DNA of 43,977 bases from contig CAUPUB010000004.1 in the NCBI GenBank assembly GCA_963514535.1, positions 1 to 43,977 on the forward strand. The letters are read 5' to 3'. Below are positions 26,430-36,106 of this stretch, in pieces. Each line of letters starts with the position of its first letter. Position 1 is the stretch's first letter. Position numbers and translations under genes: made by a program. Source of the stretch: an uncultured Fretibacterium sp. Its GTDB lineage: Bacteria > Synergistota > Synergistia > Synergistales > Aminobacteriaceae. The notes beneath the pieces were generated by a model, which did no database searches, was not told where the DNA came from, and was given only the letters and a program-made list of their open reading frames with translations.

Positions 26430-28638
26430 CCGGTTACGGCATCCCTGGGCCTCCGTATCCCCGGAATGGCGCAGGTCCTATCTTCTCTCCGTCGTCATGC
26501 TGCTGGCCGTCGGGCTCTCCATCGTCATGATGGAGTGGCTCTACGTCCGTAACAGGGGCTACAGCTTCGCGCAGGGGCTGCCGTCCCCCCAGACCTACAG
26601 GGTTATCTCCCCGGTGAAGTACGAGGACCACTCGGCAACGGGGGCCCTCCGGGAGATGGAGGAGGAGCGGATGGCCGGCGTCGTGGTCCGGGACATCGCC
26701 GTCCGGGACCGAATGAAAAGACGCCTGGAGGAACTCCAGGCAGTAAAGGACCCCCAGGATCCGAAGCTCCTGTCCTATATGCCTCCGGCCCTGCTGGATG
26801 CCGTGTTCGTCCTGGATGGAGCGGAGCGGAGCCGAATCATGAAGCTGGCCTTGCAGGTCGGGGACGCCTATTTTTCGCACCTCGCGTCCGGCGACGTCCT
26901 GGAGAGCGGGGGGACGGAGGCGGCCCTGCTGTGGGACGAGATCGGAAAGCGCGTCGATTCGGTGGACGACGCCAACCTGATCTATCAGATATTGACGAAG
27001 GTGAACGACGCCTACTACAAGCTCGAGCCTCAGCTCACCGATCTGGTGAGACAGAGCGCGGGGAACAGGATTCCCGTCATCGAACGCCGCCTGGTTCTGG
27101 GCGACGTCATCGTCGAGCGCGGGGACGTGGTGACGCCCCAGACGGCCAGCCTGCTGAGGCTGCAGGGCTATACGGAGGACGCCTTCCCCGTCACCCAGGT
27201 GGTCATCGTTTTCCTCCTCGTCCTGATCCTGCCGCTGTGGCTGGAGGTCCCGGCCCGGGAGTCGGGCAGCCGGCCTCCGTGGGAGTGCATCGTCTTCGTC
27301 GTCTCGGCCGCATGGATCGGCCAGGTGCTCGCCGTGCAGATGCGGACGGCGGGCGCCGGCATCCTCCCTGCGGTCATGGTGGCCTATCTCTGTATGCCCC
27401 GGTCCTTCGCCTTCAACGCCTCCCTGGCCAGCACCGCGTCCGGGGTATTCATCATCGCGGGGCTCTCCGTCTACGATCTTCTCCTGCTCCTCTCCATGGG
27501 CTTCCTCGCCTCGATGACGGGGTATTATCTCCTGCGCCGCATCGAGTCCCGAGAGTTCCTCGTCCGCAGGCTGGTCCTGTTTGCGCTCTTCCTGAGCGTG
27601 TCCCGCATCGTCATCCTCTGGATCCAGGGGGTGCCCCTGACGGGGGGCTTCTTCTGGATGGAGACCGGGCGCTTCCTGCTCCTGGACGCCCTGGTCGCGA
27701 TCTTCATGGTCGTCCTCCTGCCCCTGGTGGAGGGGTATATCGGCGTCCTCTCCATCCTTCGCCTCCGGGAACTGAGCCATCCCTCGAGTCCACTGCTGCG
27801 TAAGCTGCAGCGGGACGCACCGGGGACCTATCAGCACTGCCTGGCGATCGCCACACTCGCCGAGGCGGTGGCGATCGATATGGGGATGGACGAGAACCTG
27901 ATGAAGGCCGGGGCTTATTATCACGATATCGGAAAGTTGAGACGCCCGCAGTTCTTCATCGAGAACCAGGGTGGGGGCCCCAACGTCCATGATGAGATGA
28001 GCCCTACGCTTTCGGCCATGACCATCATATCGCACGTCCAGGACGGCCTGGAGATGGCCAGGGAGTACGGCCTGCCCAGGAGGATACGGGACTTCATCGC
28101 GGAGCATCACGGCACCGCCTGCGTCCGCTACTTCTACAACAAGGCCAGGGCGGAGGCCCGGGAGCGGGGGGAGGAGGAGCGCGTCGAGTGGTCGGACTTC
28201 TGTTATCCGGGGCCCAAACCCCGGTCCCGCGAGACGGCGCTCCTGATGATCCTGGATTCCCTGGAGGCCGCGATACGGAGCGAGAGCCTGGGGCGCGAGC
28301 TCCTGAGGCGGGACGCGAAGGAGATGCCGCAGAGCGGGCGAAACGCGGGGCGGAGCCAGGCCATCATGGCCCTGGAAAAGGTCATCAACCAGGTGGTGGG
28401 CAGCAAGATTGCGGAGGGGCAGTTCGACGAGGTCGACTTCACACTGAGGGACCTCACCCGCATCAAGGAGTCCCTTCTGTCCGTCCTGCTCTCTATGTAT
28501 CACACCCGGATGGTCCGGAGCCCCGACCGAGGAAGGCAGAAAGAGGCCGGAGGCGCGCCTGCCCCTGCCGCGGGCGACGGTGTGGAGGCTTCGGTCGTTC
28601 CTGTCGGAGCCGAAACTGTAGGAGCGGAGACCCGATGA
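26401..28638 (+). CDS. pgpH: 7TM-receptor HD/HDIG phosphohydrolase (PgpH/YqfF family, cyclic-di-AMP phosphodiesterase-like)
   Basis: A large N-terminal extracytoplasmic domain is followed by 7 TM segments and a C-terminal HD domain (QHCLAIATLAEAVAIDMG...YYHDIGKLRRPQFF...). It occupies the conserved position between phoH and ybeY. Confidence 0.8.
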   Translation: MTAMKSAFLDRLRHPWASVSPEWRRSYLLSVVMLLAVGLSIVMMEWLYVRNRGYSFAQGLPSPQTYRVISPVKYEDHSATGALREMEEERMAGVVVRDIAVRDRMKRRLEELQAVKDPQDPKLLSYMPPALLDAVFVLDGAERSRIMKLALQVGDAYFSHLASGDVLESGGTEAALLWDEIGKRVDSVDDANLIYQILTKVNDAYYKLEPQLTDLVRQSAGNRIPVIERRLVLGDVIVERGDVVTPQTASLLRLQGYTEDAFPVTQVVIVFLLVLILPLWLEVPARESGSRPPWECIVFVVSAAWIGQVLAVQMRTAGAGILPAVMVAYLCMPRSFAFNASLASTASGVFIIAGLSVYDLLLLLSMGFLASMTGYYLLRRIESREFLVRRLVLFALFLSVSRIVILWIQGVPLTGGFFWMETGRFLLLDALVAIFMVVLLPLVEGYIGVLSILRLRELSHPSSPLLRKLQRDAPGTYQHCLAIATLAEAVAIDMGMDENLMKAGAYYHDIGKLRRPQFFIENQGGGPNVHDEMSPTLSAMTIISHVQDGLEMAREYGLPRRIRDFIAEHHGTACVRYFYNKARAEARERGEEERVEWSDFCYPGPKPRSRETALLMILDSLEAAIRSESLGRELLRRDAKEMPQSGRNAGRSQAIMALEKVINQVVGSKIAEGQFDEVDFTLRDLTRIKESLLSVLLSMYHTRMVRSPDRGRQKEAGGAPAPAAGDGVEASVVPVGAETVGAETR

Positions 28639-28777
28639 ACGCGGAAACGTTCCGTTCCCTTGATCTGGTCTCCAAGCGCATGTTGTGTTATGTTATTCTT
28701 TACATTCTCTCCATATCGACGGCGGACGGCGGATGGGGCCGCATCGATCGGGGATAGACTCTGGGAGGGTTCACGTT

Positions 28778-29281
28778 TTGAGATTGGAACTTCACGTCGA
28801 CGGCCCCGAGGACGGGGAACCTCAAAGTCCAATTCCGTTATCCGCATGGGGGCCCCTCGGGCGCGTCCTCAAGGGCGAGCTGGCCTCCCTGTATCCCGAG
28901 ATCGTCCGTTACGGGACGGTGGAGCTTTCGGTGACCCTGCTGGGGTCGGACGAGATGCGTTCGGTCAATCGCGAGTACCGGGAGCGGGACGAGGCGACGG
29001 ACGTGCTGTCCTTCCCGCTCTGGGAGGCGGACGGCCGTTTCGTCCCGGACGGGGCGCTGACGGAGCTGCTGCCTCTTGGGGACATCCTGATCTGTCCGGA
29101 GGAGGTGGCGCGCCTGCACGAGGGGCTTCCCCCCGAGGATGCGTTCTGCCTCGTGCTGGCGCATGGTTTTCTGCATCTGCTGGCCTGGGACCATGACACA
29201 GAGGAGCGGGAGTCGGCCATGTGGGCCCGTCAGGACGCCGTCAAACAACGGCTCCTGGATGTCCTGAGGGGAGGGCACTAG
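28778..29281 (+). CDS. ybeY: rRNA maturation endoribonuclease YbeY, TTG start
   Basis: ...VLSFPLWEADG...LGDILICPEEV... carries the H-x-x-x-H zinc motif (HGFLHLLAWDH). The TTG at 28778 is 7 nt after GGGAGGG. The track ORF starts further upstream at an ATG. Confidence 0.8.
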   Translation: MRLELHVDGPEDGEPQSPIPLSAWGPLGRVLKGELASLYPEIVRYGTVELSVTLLGSDEMRSVNREYRERDEATDVLSFPLWEADGRFVPDGALTELLPLGDILICPEEVARLHEGLPPEDAFCLVLAHGFLHLLAWDHDTEERESAMWARQDAVKQRLLDVLRGGH

Positions 29282-29282
29282 G

Positions 29283-30572
29283 ATGGGGGCCCTTTCCGGG
29301 AGCGCCCTGCTGCCCTTTTTGAAGAGCTGTCTCTGGTTCGTCGTCCTGTTCCTCCTGTCGGCGTTCTGCAGTGCCTCAGAGACGGCCATCACGACCACCG
29401 GTCGGAGCCGGCTCATGGTGCTCCAGGAGAAACGCTCGCTCTTCCGGTCCCTCTTTCAATGGCTTATAGACGACGTCCAGGAGGCCCTGACCGTCTGTCT
29501 CATCGTGAACAACGTCGTCAACATCGCGGCCAGCACCCTGGCGGCCAGGCTCGTGCTCCAGGTCTTCGGGGAGGGGGCGCTGGTCTGCGTGGTCCCGGTC
29601 ATGACCGTGCTGATCGTCATCTTCGGGGAGATACTGCCGAAGAGCGCCGCGATGGTCCATTCCGACGGGGTGCTGGTCTTCTCCGTGCCCCTGCTGCGCC
29701 TCCTCGCCGTCCTGCTCGCTCCCTTCGCGTGGCTGATGAGGAAGTGCGTCTCCTTCATCGGGCTGCTGTTCCGGCTCGACCTCAAGCCCCAGCACGTGTT
29801 CGTCACGCGGGAGGAGATCGAGCAGGTGGTGAAGATCGGGGAGCAGAGCGGCGCGCTCGAGGCGGTGGAGCGGCGGATGATCGACGGGATCATCGATTTC
29901 GAGGAGACGCGGGTCCACGAGGTCATGGTCCCGCGCATGGACATGGTGACCCTGGAGGCATCGGACCCGCTGGAGGAGGCCATGAAGGTCTTCATCGAAC
30001 ACGGGCACTCCCGCCTCCCGGTCTACGAGGAGAGCCTGGACAACATCGTGGGGGTGCTCTACGTCAAGGACACCCTGAAGCATCTGGTTGGCGCCGAGCT
30101 CTCTCAAGCCGTGGGGGGTATGATGCGCAAGCCGCTTTTCGTCCCTGAGACCATCCGCACCGTGGAGCTGCTGGAGACCATGCGGCGGGACCACATCCAC
30201 ATCGCCGTCGTCGTGGACGAGTACGGCGGCGTGGCGGGGCTCGTAACGATGGAGGACATCCTGGAGGAGATCGTCGGGGAGATCCAGGACGAGTACGACC
30301 AGGAGTCCCCGGACATCCTCGAGATGGAGGACGGCACCTACAGGGTGCAGGGGACCACAAGCCTGGAGGACCTCAGTGAGGCCCTGGACTACCCCTTCGA
30401 GTCCGAGGATGCGGAGAGCCTGGCCGGATTGGTGCTGCTGCTGGCCGGGGGGTTCCCCCAGGTGAACGAGACGTTCGAGTACGAGGACTGGAGGATTCGG
30501 GTGGTCGACCTCGAGGACCACCGCATCAAGGTGCTCGACCTCGAACGCAAAAATCCCGAGAAGGACGCGTGA
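29283..30572 (+). CDS. corC: CNNM/CorC/TlyC-family hemolysin-like transporter (DUF21-CBS pair-CorC_HlyC)
   Basis: An N-terminal 4-TM DUF21 is followed by a CBS pair ([13 protein letters not shown]...[25 protein letters not shown]) and the C-terminal transporter-associated domain. Confidence 0.85.
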   Translation: MGALSGSALLPFLKSCLWFVVLFLLSAFCSASETAITTTGRSRLMVLQEKRSLFRSLFQWLIDDVQEALTVCLIVNNVVNIAASTLAARLVLQVFGEGALVCVVPVMTVLIVIFGEILPKSAAMVHSDGVLVFSVPLLRLLAVLLAPFAWLMRKCVSFIGLLFRLDLKPQHVFVTREEIEQVVKIGEQSGALEAVERRMIDGIIDFEETRVHEVMVPRMDMVTLEASDPLEEAMKVFIEHGHSRLPVYEESLDNIVGVLYVKDTLKHLVGAELSQAVGGMMRKPLFVPETIRTVELLETMRRDHIHIAVVVDEYGGVAGLVTMEDILEEIVGEIQDEYDQESPDILEMEDGTYRVQGTTSLEDLSEALDYPFESEDAESLAGLVLLLAGGFPQVNETFEYEDWRIRVVDLEDHRIKVLDLERKNPEKDA

Positions 30573-30581
30573 GGAGGGCCT

Positions 30582-31055
30582 ATGGGAAGGATGACCGGTA
30601 AGTCCCGGGTCGATGCGGGTGGATGGGGCGAGGGGGACGGACGGTCCGGCCCCTCCCCGCAGGAGCTGCTGGAGAGGGCGCGGGAGGCGGCCTCCCGCGC
30701 CTATGCACCCTACTCGCGCTTTCGGGTGGGGGCCGCGCTGCTCCTTGCGGATGGGGGCGTTCTGGCCGCCTGCAACGTGGAGAACGCCTCCTATGGTCTC
30801 ACCATGTGCGCGGAGCGCAGCGCGATTGCAGCGATGGTGGCGCGCGGCCTGAGGGACCCCGTGGCCGTGGCGGTTGCGGGCTCGGGGGATGGGGACTTCG
30901 GCAGGCCCTGTCCGCCCTGTGGGGCCTGCCGTCAGATTCTGGTGGAGTTCAACCCCGACATGCGGGTGATTCTGGAGTCGCCCGAGGGGCCCCTCGTGTA
31001 CTCCGCGCGCGATCTGCTGCCGCACTCCTTCGACCTGAGGGGCGAGGCCCCTTGA
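30582..31055 (+). CDS. cdd: cytidine deaminase
   Basis: Zinc-binding motifs CAERSAI and PCGACRQ, with the APYSRFRVGAALL substrate-binding region. Confidence 0.85.
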   Translation: MGRMTGKSRVDAGGWGEGDGRSGPSPQELLERAREAASRAYAPYSRFRVGAALLLADGGVLAACNVENASYGLTMCAERSAIAAMVARGLRDPVAVAVAGSGDGDFGRPCPPCGACRQILVEFNPDMRVILESPEGPLVYSARDLLPHSFDLRGEAP

Positions 31056-31084
31056 GCGGGGAGCGACAGGAAGGCGAGGCCGTG

Positions 31085-31966
31085 ATGCGCTGCGGCGTGG
31101 TTGCGCTGGCCGGACGGCCCAACGTCGGCAAGTCCTCGCTGGTCAACGCGCTGCTGCGCGCCCGTGCGGCGATCGTCTCCCCGAAGCCCCAGACGACCCG
31201 CAACGCGATTCGCTGCATCTACAACGACGAACGTGCCCAGATCGTCTTCACGGACACACCGGGGCTGCACCGGCCCAGGGACCGGCTCGGCCGTTCCCTG
31301 ACGGACGCGGCCGAGGACGCCTTTGCCGAGGCCGACGCCGTCTGCTGGCTGGTCGAGGCGGGGGACCGCAGGCTGAGGGCCGAGGACACCGAGGTGCTGA
31401 GGGCGCTCTCCGTCGTCTCCCGACCGATCGTGCTGGTGGTGAACAAGGCCGACGCGCATGACCCCGGTGGAGCGCTGGAGCTCTACGGAACCAGACTACC
31501 CTTCGCCGGGCGCATCGCCGTCTCCGCGCGCAGGGGGCGCAACCTCGACGCCCTGATAGCCCTTCTGCTGCCGCTCCTGCCCGAGGGGATGCCGTGGTAC
31601 GATCCCGACATCCTGATTGATGGTACGGAGCGCTTCATGGCGTCCGAGGTCATCCGTGGGCGCGTGCTGGCCCTTTTGCGAGATGAGGTCCCTCACTGCG
31701 TTGCTGTGGAGATCGACGAGTACAAGAGCCCGGAGGAGTACCCCGAGCGGAAGCGGCTCTACGTCCGGGCGTCCCTGATCGTGGAGACGGCGGGGCAGAA
31801 GGCTATCCTGATCGGGGCGTCGGGCTTGATGCTGAAACGCGTCGGCCAGAGCGCCCGGTTGGAGCTGGAGGGGCTCACCGGACATCCGGTCTACCTGGAC
31901 CTGTGGGTGAAGGTGTCGCCGCATTGGAGGCAGTCGGAGCCCGTGCTGCGCCGCCTTGGGCTCTGA
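31085..31966 (+). CDS. era: GTPase Era
   Basis: G1 GRPNVGKSS, G3 DTPG, G4 NKAD and a C-terminal KH domain. GTG 31082 and TTG 31052 are possible alternative starts. The stop of cdd overlaps the upstream region. Confidence 0.92.
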   Translation: MRCGVVALAGRPNVGKSSLVNALLRARAAIVSPKPQTTRNAIRCIYNDERAQIVFTDTPGLHRPRDRLGRSLTDAAEDAFAEADAVCWLVEAGDRRLRAEDTEVLRALSVVSRPIVLVVNKADAHDPGGALELYGTRLPFAGRIAVSARRGRNLDALIALLLPLLPEGMPWYDPDILIDGTERFMASEVIRGRVLALLRDEVPHCVAVEIDEYKSPEEYPERKRLYVRASLIVETAGQKAILIGASGLMLKRVGQSARLELEGLTGHPVYLDLWVKVSPHWRQSEPVLRRLGL

Positions 31967-32070
31967 CCCCGCCCTTTGGTTCCGTTCCCATCAGGGGGTG
32001 CAGGGGGACACGTTCCCCTGCCGGGGGCTCGGGGGGCGGCGCCCCCCGATGTCGTTTCAAGGGTGGGGGG

Positions 32071-32817
32071 ATGAGGATGACGCGTCAGGGCCTGGATTCC
32101 GCCTCGGGCGTGGTACTCTCGCGTTCCCTGGCGGGGGAGGGGGATCTCCTGCTCGCCCTCTTCCTCAAGGGCCGGGGGCTGGTCCGCGTCTCTGCGCGCG
32201 GGGCGGCGGGTGGGCGCGTGCGCTTCGGCGGCGGCACGGAGCCGCTCGTCTGGGGGGCCTTTCGGCTCCACCGGGGGCGGGGCGGCGGGGTCTACCTGAG
32301 CGCGGTGGACGTCGCCGATGGCATGATCCCCCTCAGGAGGCGACCGGAGGCGCTCCGCACGGCGGTCCGCTGGTCGAAGCTCCTGCTGCGCCACCTGATG
32401 GCGGAGCATCCGGCGGACGACCTCCTGGCCAACCTCTACTGGAATATGCGCCTTCTGAGGACGCCCCGGGTTCCGCCGGAGGCGGCGGAGTGGCGTTTTC
32501 TGTGGCGCTGGATCACGGCGTGGGGGCTCGCTCCCGACCTGACGCGCTGCGCCCGGTGCGGTCGCCCCGCCGTCCCGCTGTTCTGGACGGGCGAGGGCCT
32601 GACCTGCGCGGACTGTGGGCCTGGGACCGGCCGGCCCCGGTTCTCGGGGGAGGACCTGTCGCTTTTGAGGCGGACTGCGGGAGCGGATGTGTCCGGGGTC
32701 GAACGGTGCGGAGAACTCGGGGAGCTTGACGGTGCGCGGGGGCTTTTTACCCTGGCCTCCCGCTGCGTTGGGGGGCTCCTCTCTCAGGATATACGAGACA
32801 TTGGTTTCAGACGCTGA
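32071..32817 (+). CDS. recO: DNA repair protein RecO
   Basis: It lies downstream of era, the conserved linkage. An N-terminal OB-fold region (GVVLSRSLAGEGDLLLALF) and a C-terminal zinc-finger-like CARCGRP...CADCG are present. ATG 32071 is preceded by a G-rich SD. Confidence 0.8.
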   Translation: MRMTRQGLDSASGVVLSRSLAGEGDLLLALFLKGRGLVRVSARGAAGGRVRFGGGTEPLVWGAFRLHRGRGGGVYLSAVDVADGMIPLRRRPEALRTAVRWSKLLLRHLMAEHPADDLLANLYWNMRLLRTPRVPPEAAEWRFLWRWITAWGLAPDLTRCARCGRPAVPLFWTGEGLTCADCGPGTGRPRFSGEDLSLLRRTAGADVSGVERCGELGELDGARGLFTLASRCVGGLLSQDIRDIGFRR

Positions 32818-33011
32818 ATCGCTTGTAATAAGGTGCAAATCCTGCTTGCGTCGACAACGCGGCAACGGCGCCGCGTGTCGACGTAAGCGACCGGCACAGC
32901 ATCGGGGGTTTGCCAGCCCCCGATAAGCAGACCGCCAACGAGGGCAACGAGTTGAGCGGGTCGTTTAGGGGCGGCATCAGAGCTGGCCGTCTGCTTAAAG
33001 GAGAGATCAAG

Positions 33012-33947
33012 TTGAACTTTCAGGATATCTACTTCAGGCTCGAACGCTTCTGGTCGGAGCAGGGATGCGTGGTGCAGCAGCCCTACGACGTCGAGGTCGG
33101 GGCCGGGACGATGAACCCCGCCACGGCGCTCCGGGTGCTCGGCCCGGAACCGTGGCGTGTGGCCTACGCGGAGCCCTCGCGCCGGCCCACCGACGGGCGG
33201 TATGGGCAGAACCCCAACCGCCTCCAGCATTACTACCAGTATCAGGTCATCATCAAGCCCGCGCCGTCCAACATCCTGGACCTCTATATCCAGAGCCTGA
33301 TGAGCCTCGGCATCGACCCCTCGGAACACGACATCCGCTTTGTGGAGGACGACTGGGAGAACCCCTCGATCGGGGCCTGGGGGCTGGGCTGGGAGGTCTG
33401 GCTCGACGGCATGGAGATCACGCAGTTCACCTATTTCCAGCAGCTGGGCGGGATCGACATGGAGGCCGTGCCGGCGGAGCTGACCTATGGGACTGAGCGT
33501 ATCGCTATGTACGTCCAGAAGGTGGAGAACGTCTACGACCTCGCCTGGTCGGACACGGCGACCTACGGCGACCTGGACCTCAAGGGGGAGATCGAGAACT
33601 CGCACTATAACTTCGAGATCGCCGACACCGCGATGCTCTTCCAGCTCTTCGCCATGTACGAGGCCGAGGCCGGGCGCATCCTGGACAAGGGGTTCGTCCT
33701 GCCCGCCTACGACTACGTCCTGAAGAGCTCGCACACCTTCAACCTGCTGGATGCGCGCGGGGCCGTCAGCGTGACGGAGCGGACCGGCTACATCGGTCGG
33801 ATCCGCGCGCTGGCCAGCCGCTGTGCCGCGGCCTACCGGAAGCAGCGCGAGGAGATGGGCTTCCCGTTCATGGGAAAGTTCGGCGCTCTGGCGCGGTGTG
33901 CCGGGGCCGCTGCTGGGACTGTGTTTGCCGAGGGGGGGAATGCGTGA
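33012..33947 (+). CDS. glyQ: glycine--tRNA ligase alpha subunit, TTG start
   Basis: [47 protein letters not shown]...[12 protein letters not shown]... is near-identical in pattern to E. coli GlyQ. There is no in-frame ATG. The TTG at 33012 is 6 nt after AGGAGA. Confidence 0.93.
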   Translation: MNFQDIYFRLERFWSEQGCVVQQPYDVEVGAGTMNPATALRVLGPEPWRVAYAEPSRRPTDGRYGQNPNRLQHYYQYQVIIKPAPSNILDLYIQSLMSLGIDPSEHDIRFVEDDWENPSIGAWGLGWEVWLDGMEITQFTYFQQLGGIDMEAVPAELTYGTERIAMYVQKVENVYDLAWSDTATYGDLDLKGEIENSHYNFEIADTAMLFQLFAMYEAEAGRILDKGFVLPAYDYVLKSSHTFNLLDARGAVSVTERTGYIGRIRALASRCAAAYRKQREEMGFPFMGKFGALARCAGAAAGTVFAEGGNA

Positions 33948-36040
33948 TGGCTTTGAGGAACGTCATCCTGGAGATCGGAACGGAGGAGCTCCCCTCCCGA
34001 TTCCTTCCCGAGACCCTGGAATCCCTGGAGCGACTGGCGGTCTCCGCGCTGTCGGATAACCGGCTTGGATTCAAGGACGTCAGGACCTACGCGACGCCGC
34101 GGCGCCTGGTACTGCACGTCCGGGAGCTGGACGAGACCCAGAGTTCGTCGGTGTCGCTGCTCAAGGGGCCGCCCCTCGCGTCGGCCTACGACTCGAAGGG
34201 GGAACCCACCCGTGCCGCCCTGGGCTTCGCGAAGAGCAAGGGCGTGGAGGTCGATTCGCTGGGCGAGCTCGAGGTGGATGGGGTGAAGTACGTAGCCGCC
34301 GAGGTCCGCGAGGAGAGCCGGCGCACCCTGGATGTTCTGCCCGGCCTTCTACGCGGCCTCGTCGAGGGGCTGTCGTTCCCCAAGAGCATGTATTGGGCGG
34401 AACCGGGCGTGCGGTTCGCCCGGCCTATCCGCTGGCTCCTCGCCCTTGCCGACGATGTGGTCGTCCCCTTCGAGTACGGCGGCGTGAGGAGCGGCCGGAC
34501 GACCAGCGGGCACCGGTTCATGGGGCAGAGGTCCATCGAGATCCGGAACGCGGACGAGTTTCTGGAGCGCCTCTACGACAACAACGTGATCCTGGATCAG
34601 GAGAAGCGCCGCCAGAAGCTGGAGACGTCCATATCGCTTCTGGAGCAGGACTTCGATGGCAACCTCGAGGTTGAGCTGGACCCCGAGCTGCTGGAGGAGA
34701 ACCTGTTCCTGGTCGAGTTCCCGGCGCCCTTTATCGGGACGTTCGACGAGCGCTATCTGGAGATCCCCGAGGAGGTCCTGATCACCTCCATGAAGAAGAA
34801 CCAGAAGTACTTCGCGGTTCGGAACAGGGACAGGGGGAACGCGCTGGCGAACGTCTTTATCGGGGTCAGCAACAACAGGGCCACGGACATGAGGACGATC
34901 CGGGAGGGGAACGAACGGGTTTTGAGGGCCCGCCTCGAGGACGCCGCCTTCTTCTGGGCGGAGGACCGGAAGAAGCCGCTGTCGACGAACGTGGAGCGCC
35001 TGGAGGACGTGACGTACCAGGAGAAGCTGGGGTCCGTGTACGACAAGGTGGTGCGGACCCGGGAGTTGGCGCTTCTGCTCTGCGAGCGGCTGGGGCGGGA
35101 CTCCCTGGCCAAGCTGGTGGAGCGTGCGGCCTGGCTCTCCAAGGCCGACCTCGTCACGCGCATGGTCTACGAGTTCCCCGAGCTCCAGGGGGTGATGGGG
35201 CGCGAGTACGCACGCCATGATGGTGAGGACCCACGCGTGGCCCTGGCCCTCTACGAGCAATACCTGCCGCGCTCCGCCTCGGACAGCCTGCCGACCGACG
35301 ACGTGGGGGCGATCCTGGGGCTGGCCGAGCGCATCCATATCGTCGTGAGCTGCCACAAGGCGGGGCTCGAGCCGACGGGCTCGCAGGACCCCTATGGGCT
35401 GCGCCGTGCGGCCCGCTGCATCAATGAGATCCTGTGGGGCCGGAGCCTGGACCTGGACCTCGAGGAGGCGATTCGGGAGTCCGCCCAGCTGAACCAGGTG
35501 GAACCGGAGGTGCTGGAACGCATCCTCACCTTTATCGGGCAGCGGCTGCTGGTCCAGCTCAAGGAGAAGGGGTACGAGCACGAGCTCGCCGCGCTGGCCC
35601 TCTCGGTCATCGGCCGCCGGCCCTGCCAGGCCCTGCGTTTGATGGAGGCCCTGGACGAGGTGAAGGACGAGCCCTGGTTCTCGGATCTCATGACCTCCGC
35701 GGTGCGCGTTCGGAACATCCTCCAGAAGGCCCCGGACGCCCCTGATGCCGTGGACCCTGCGCTGTTGGCCAAGCCGGCGGAGCGGGCGCTCTATGACGAG
35801 GTCGTGAGGCTGGAGCCCGGGGTCCGGGAGGCGCTGGACTCGAACGACTGGAAGGGGTTGACGGCGCGTCTGGCCGAGCTCTCCCCTGTAGTGTCGGCCT
35901 TCTTCGACGACGTCATGGTGATGGACCCCGACGAGGGGGTGCGGGCCAATCGACTGGGCCTGCTGAGGCGCTGTAATGCGCTCTTCGAGGAGGTCGGGGA
36001 CCTGGGGGCCCTGAAGATGCCGGCAAAGAAGGCAAATTGA
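33947..36040 (+). CDS. glyS: glycine--tRNA ligase beta subunit
   Basis: [21 protein letters not shown]... The TGATG overlap with glyQ indicates translational coupling. Confidence 0.93.
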   Translation: MALRNVILEIGTEELPSRFLPETLESLERLAVSALSDNRLGFKDVRTYATPRRLVLHVRELDETQSSSVSLLKGPPLASAYDSKGEPTRAALGFAKSKGVEVDSLGELEVDGVKYVAAEVREESRRTLDVLPGLLRGLVEGLSFPKSMYWAEPGVRFARPIRWLLALADDVVVPFEYGGVRSGRTTSGHRFMGQRSIEIRNADEFLERLYDNNVILDQEKRRQKLETSISLLEQDFDGNLEVELDPELLEENLFLVEFPAPFIGTFDERYLEIPEEVLITSMKKNQKYFAVRNRDRGNALANVFIGVSNNRATDMRTIREGNERVLRARLEDAAFFWAEDRKKPLSTNVERLEDVTYQEKLGSVYDKVVRTRELALLLCERLGRDSLAKLVERAAWLSKADLVTRMVYEFPELQGVMGREYARHDGEDPRVALALYEQYLPRSASDSLPTDDVGAILGLAERIHIVVSCHKAGLEPTGSQDPYGLRRAARCINEILWGRSLDLDLEEAIRESAQLNQVEPEVLERILTFIGQRLLVQLKEKGYEHELAALALSVIGRRPCQALRLMEALDEVKDEPWFSDLMTSAVRVRNILQKAPDAPDAVDPALLAKPAERALYDEVVRLEPGVREALDSNDWKGLTARLAELSPVVSAFFDDVMVMDPDEGVRANRLGLLRRCNALFEEVGDLGALKMPAKKAN

Positions 36041-36041
36041 C

Positions 36042-36072
36042 AGCCGGGGGACATCGTCCCCCGGCTTTTTCG
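36042..36072. terminator. intrinsic terminator after glyS (convergent with the SPFH gene)
   Basis: agccggggga-catcg-tcccccggct followed by ttttt. Confidence 0.8.
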
Positions 36073-36106
36073 ATCGGCACTTCCTTACGTGAGGTGAAGG
36101 ATGCGG

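Noticed and set aside
26434-28503. 689-aa minus-strand ORF
   Set aside because: Antisense to the 7TM-HD pgpH gene.
29376-31025. 549-aa minus-strand ORF
   Set aside because: Antisense to corC and cdd.
32818-33011. Classical T-box leader before glyQS
   Set aside because: There is no AGGGTGGNACCGCG T-box sequence and no obvious specifier-loop context, so only the 'structured leader' label is retained.
34349-35581. 410-aa minus-strand ORF
   Set aside because: Antisense to glyS.
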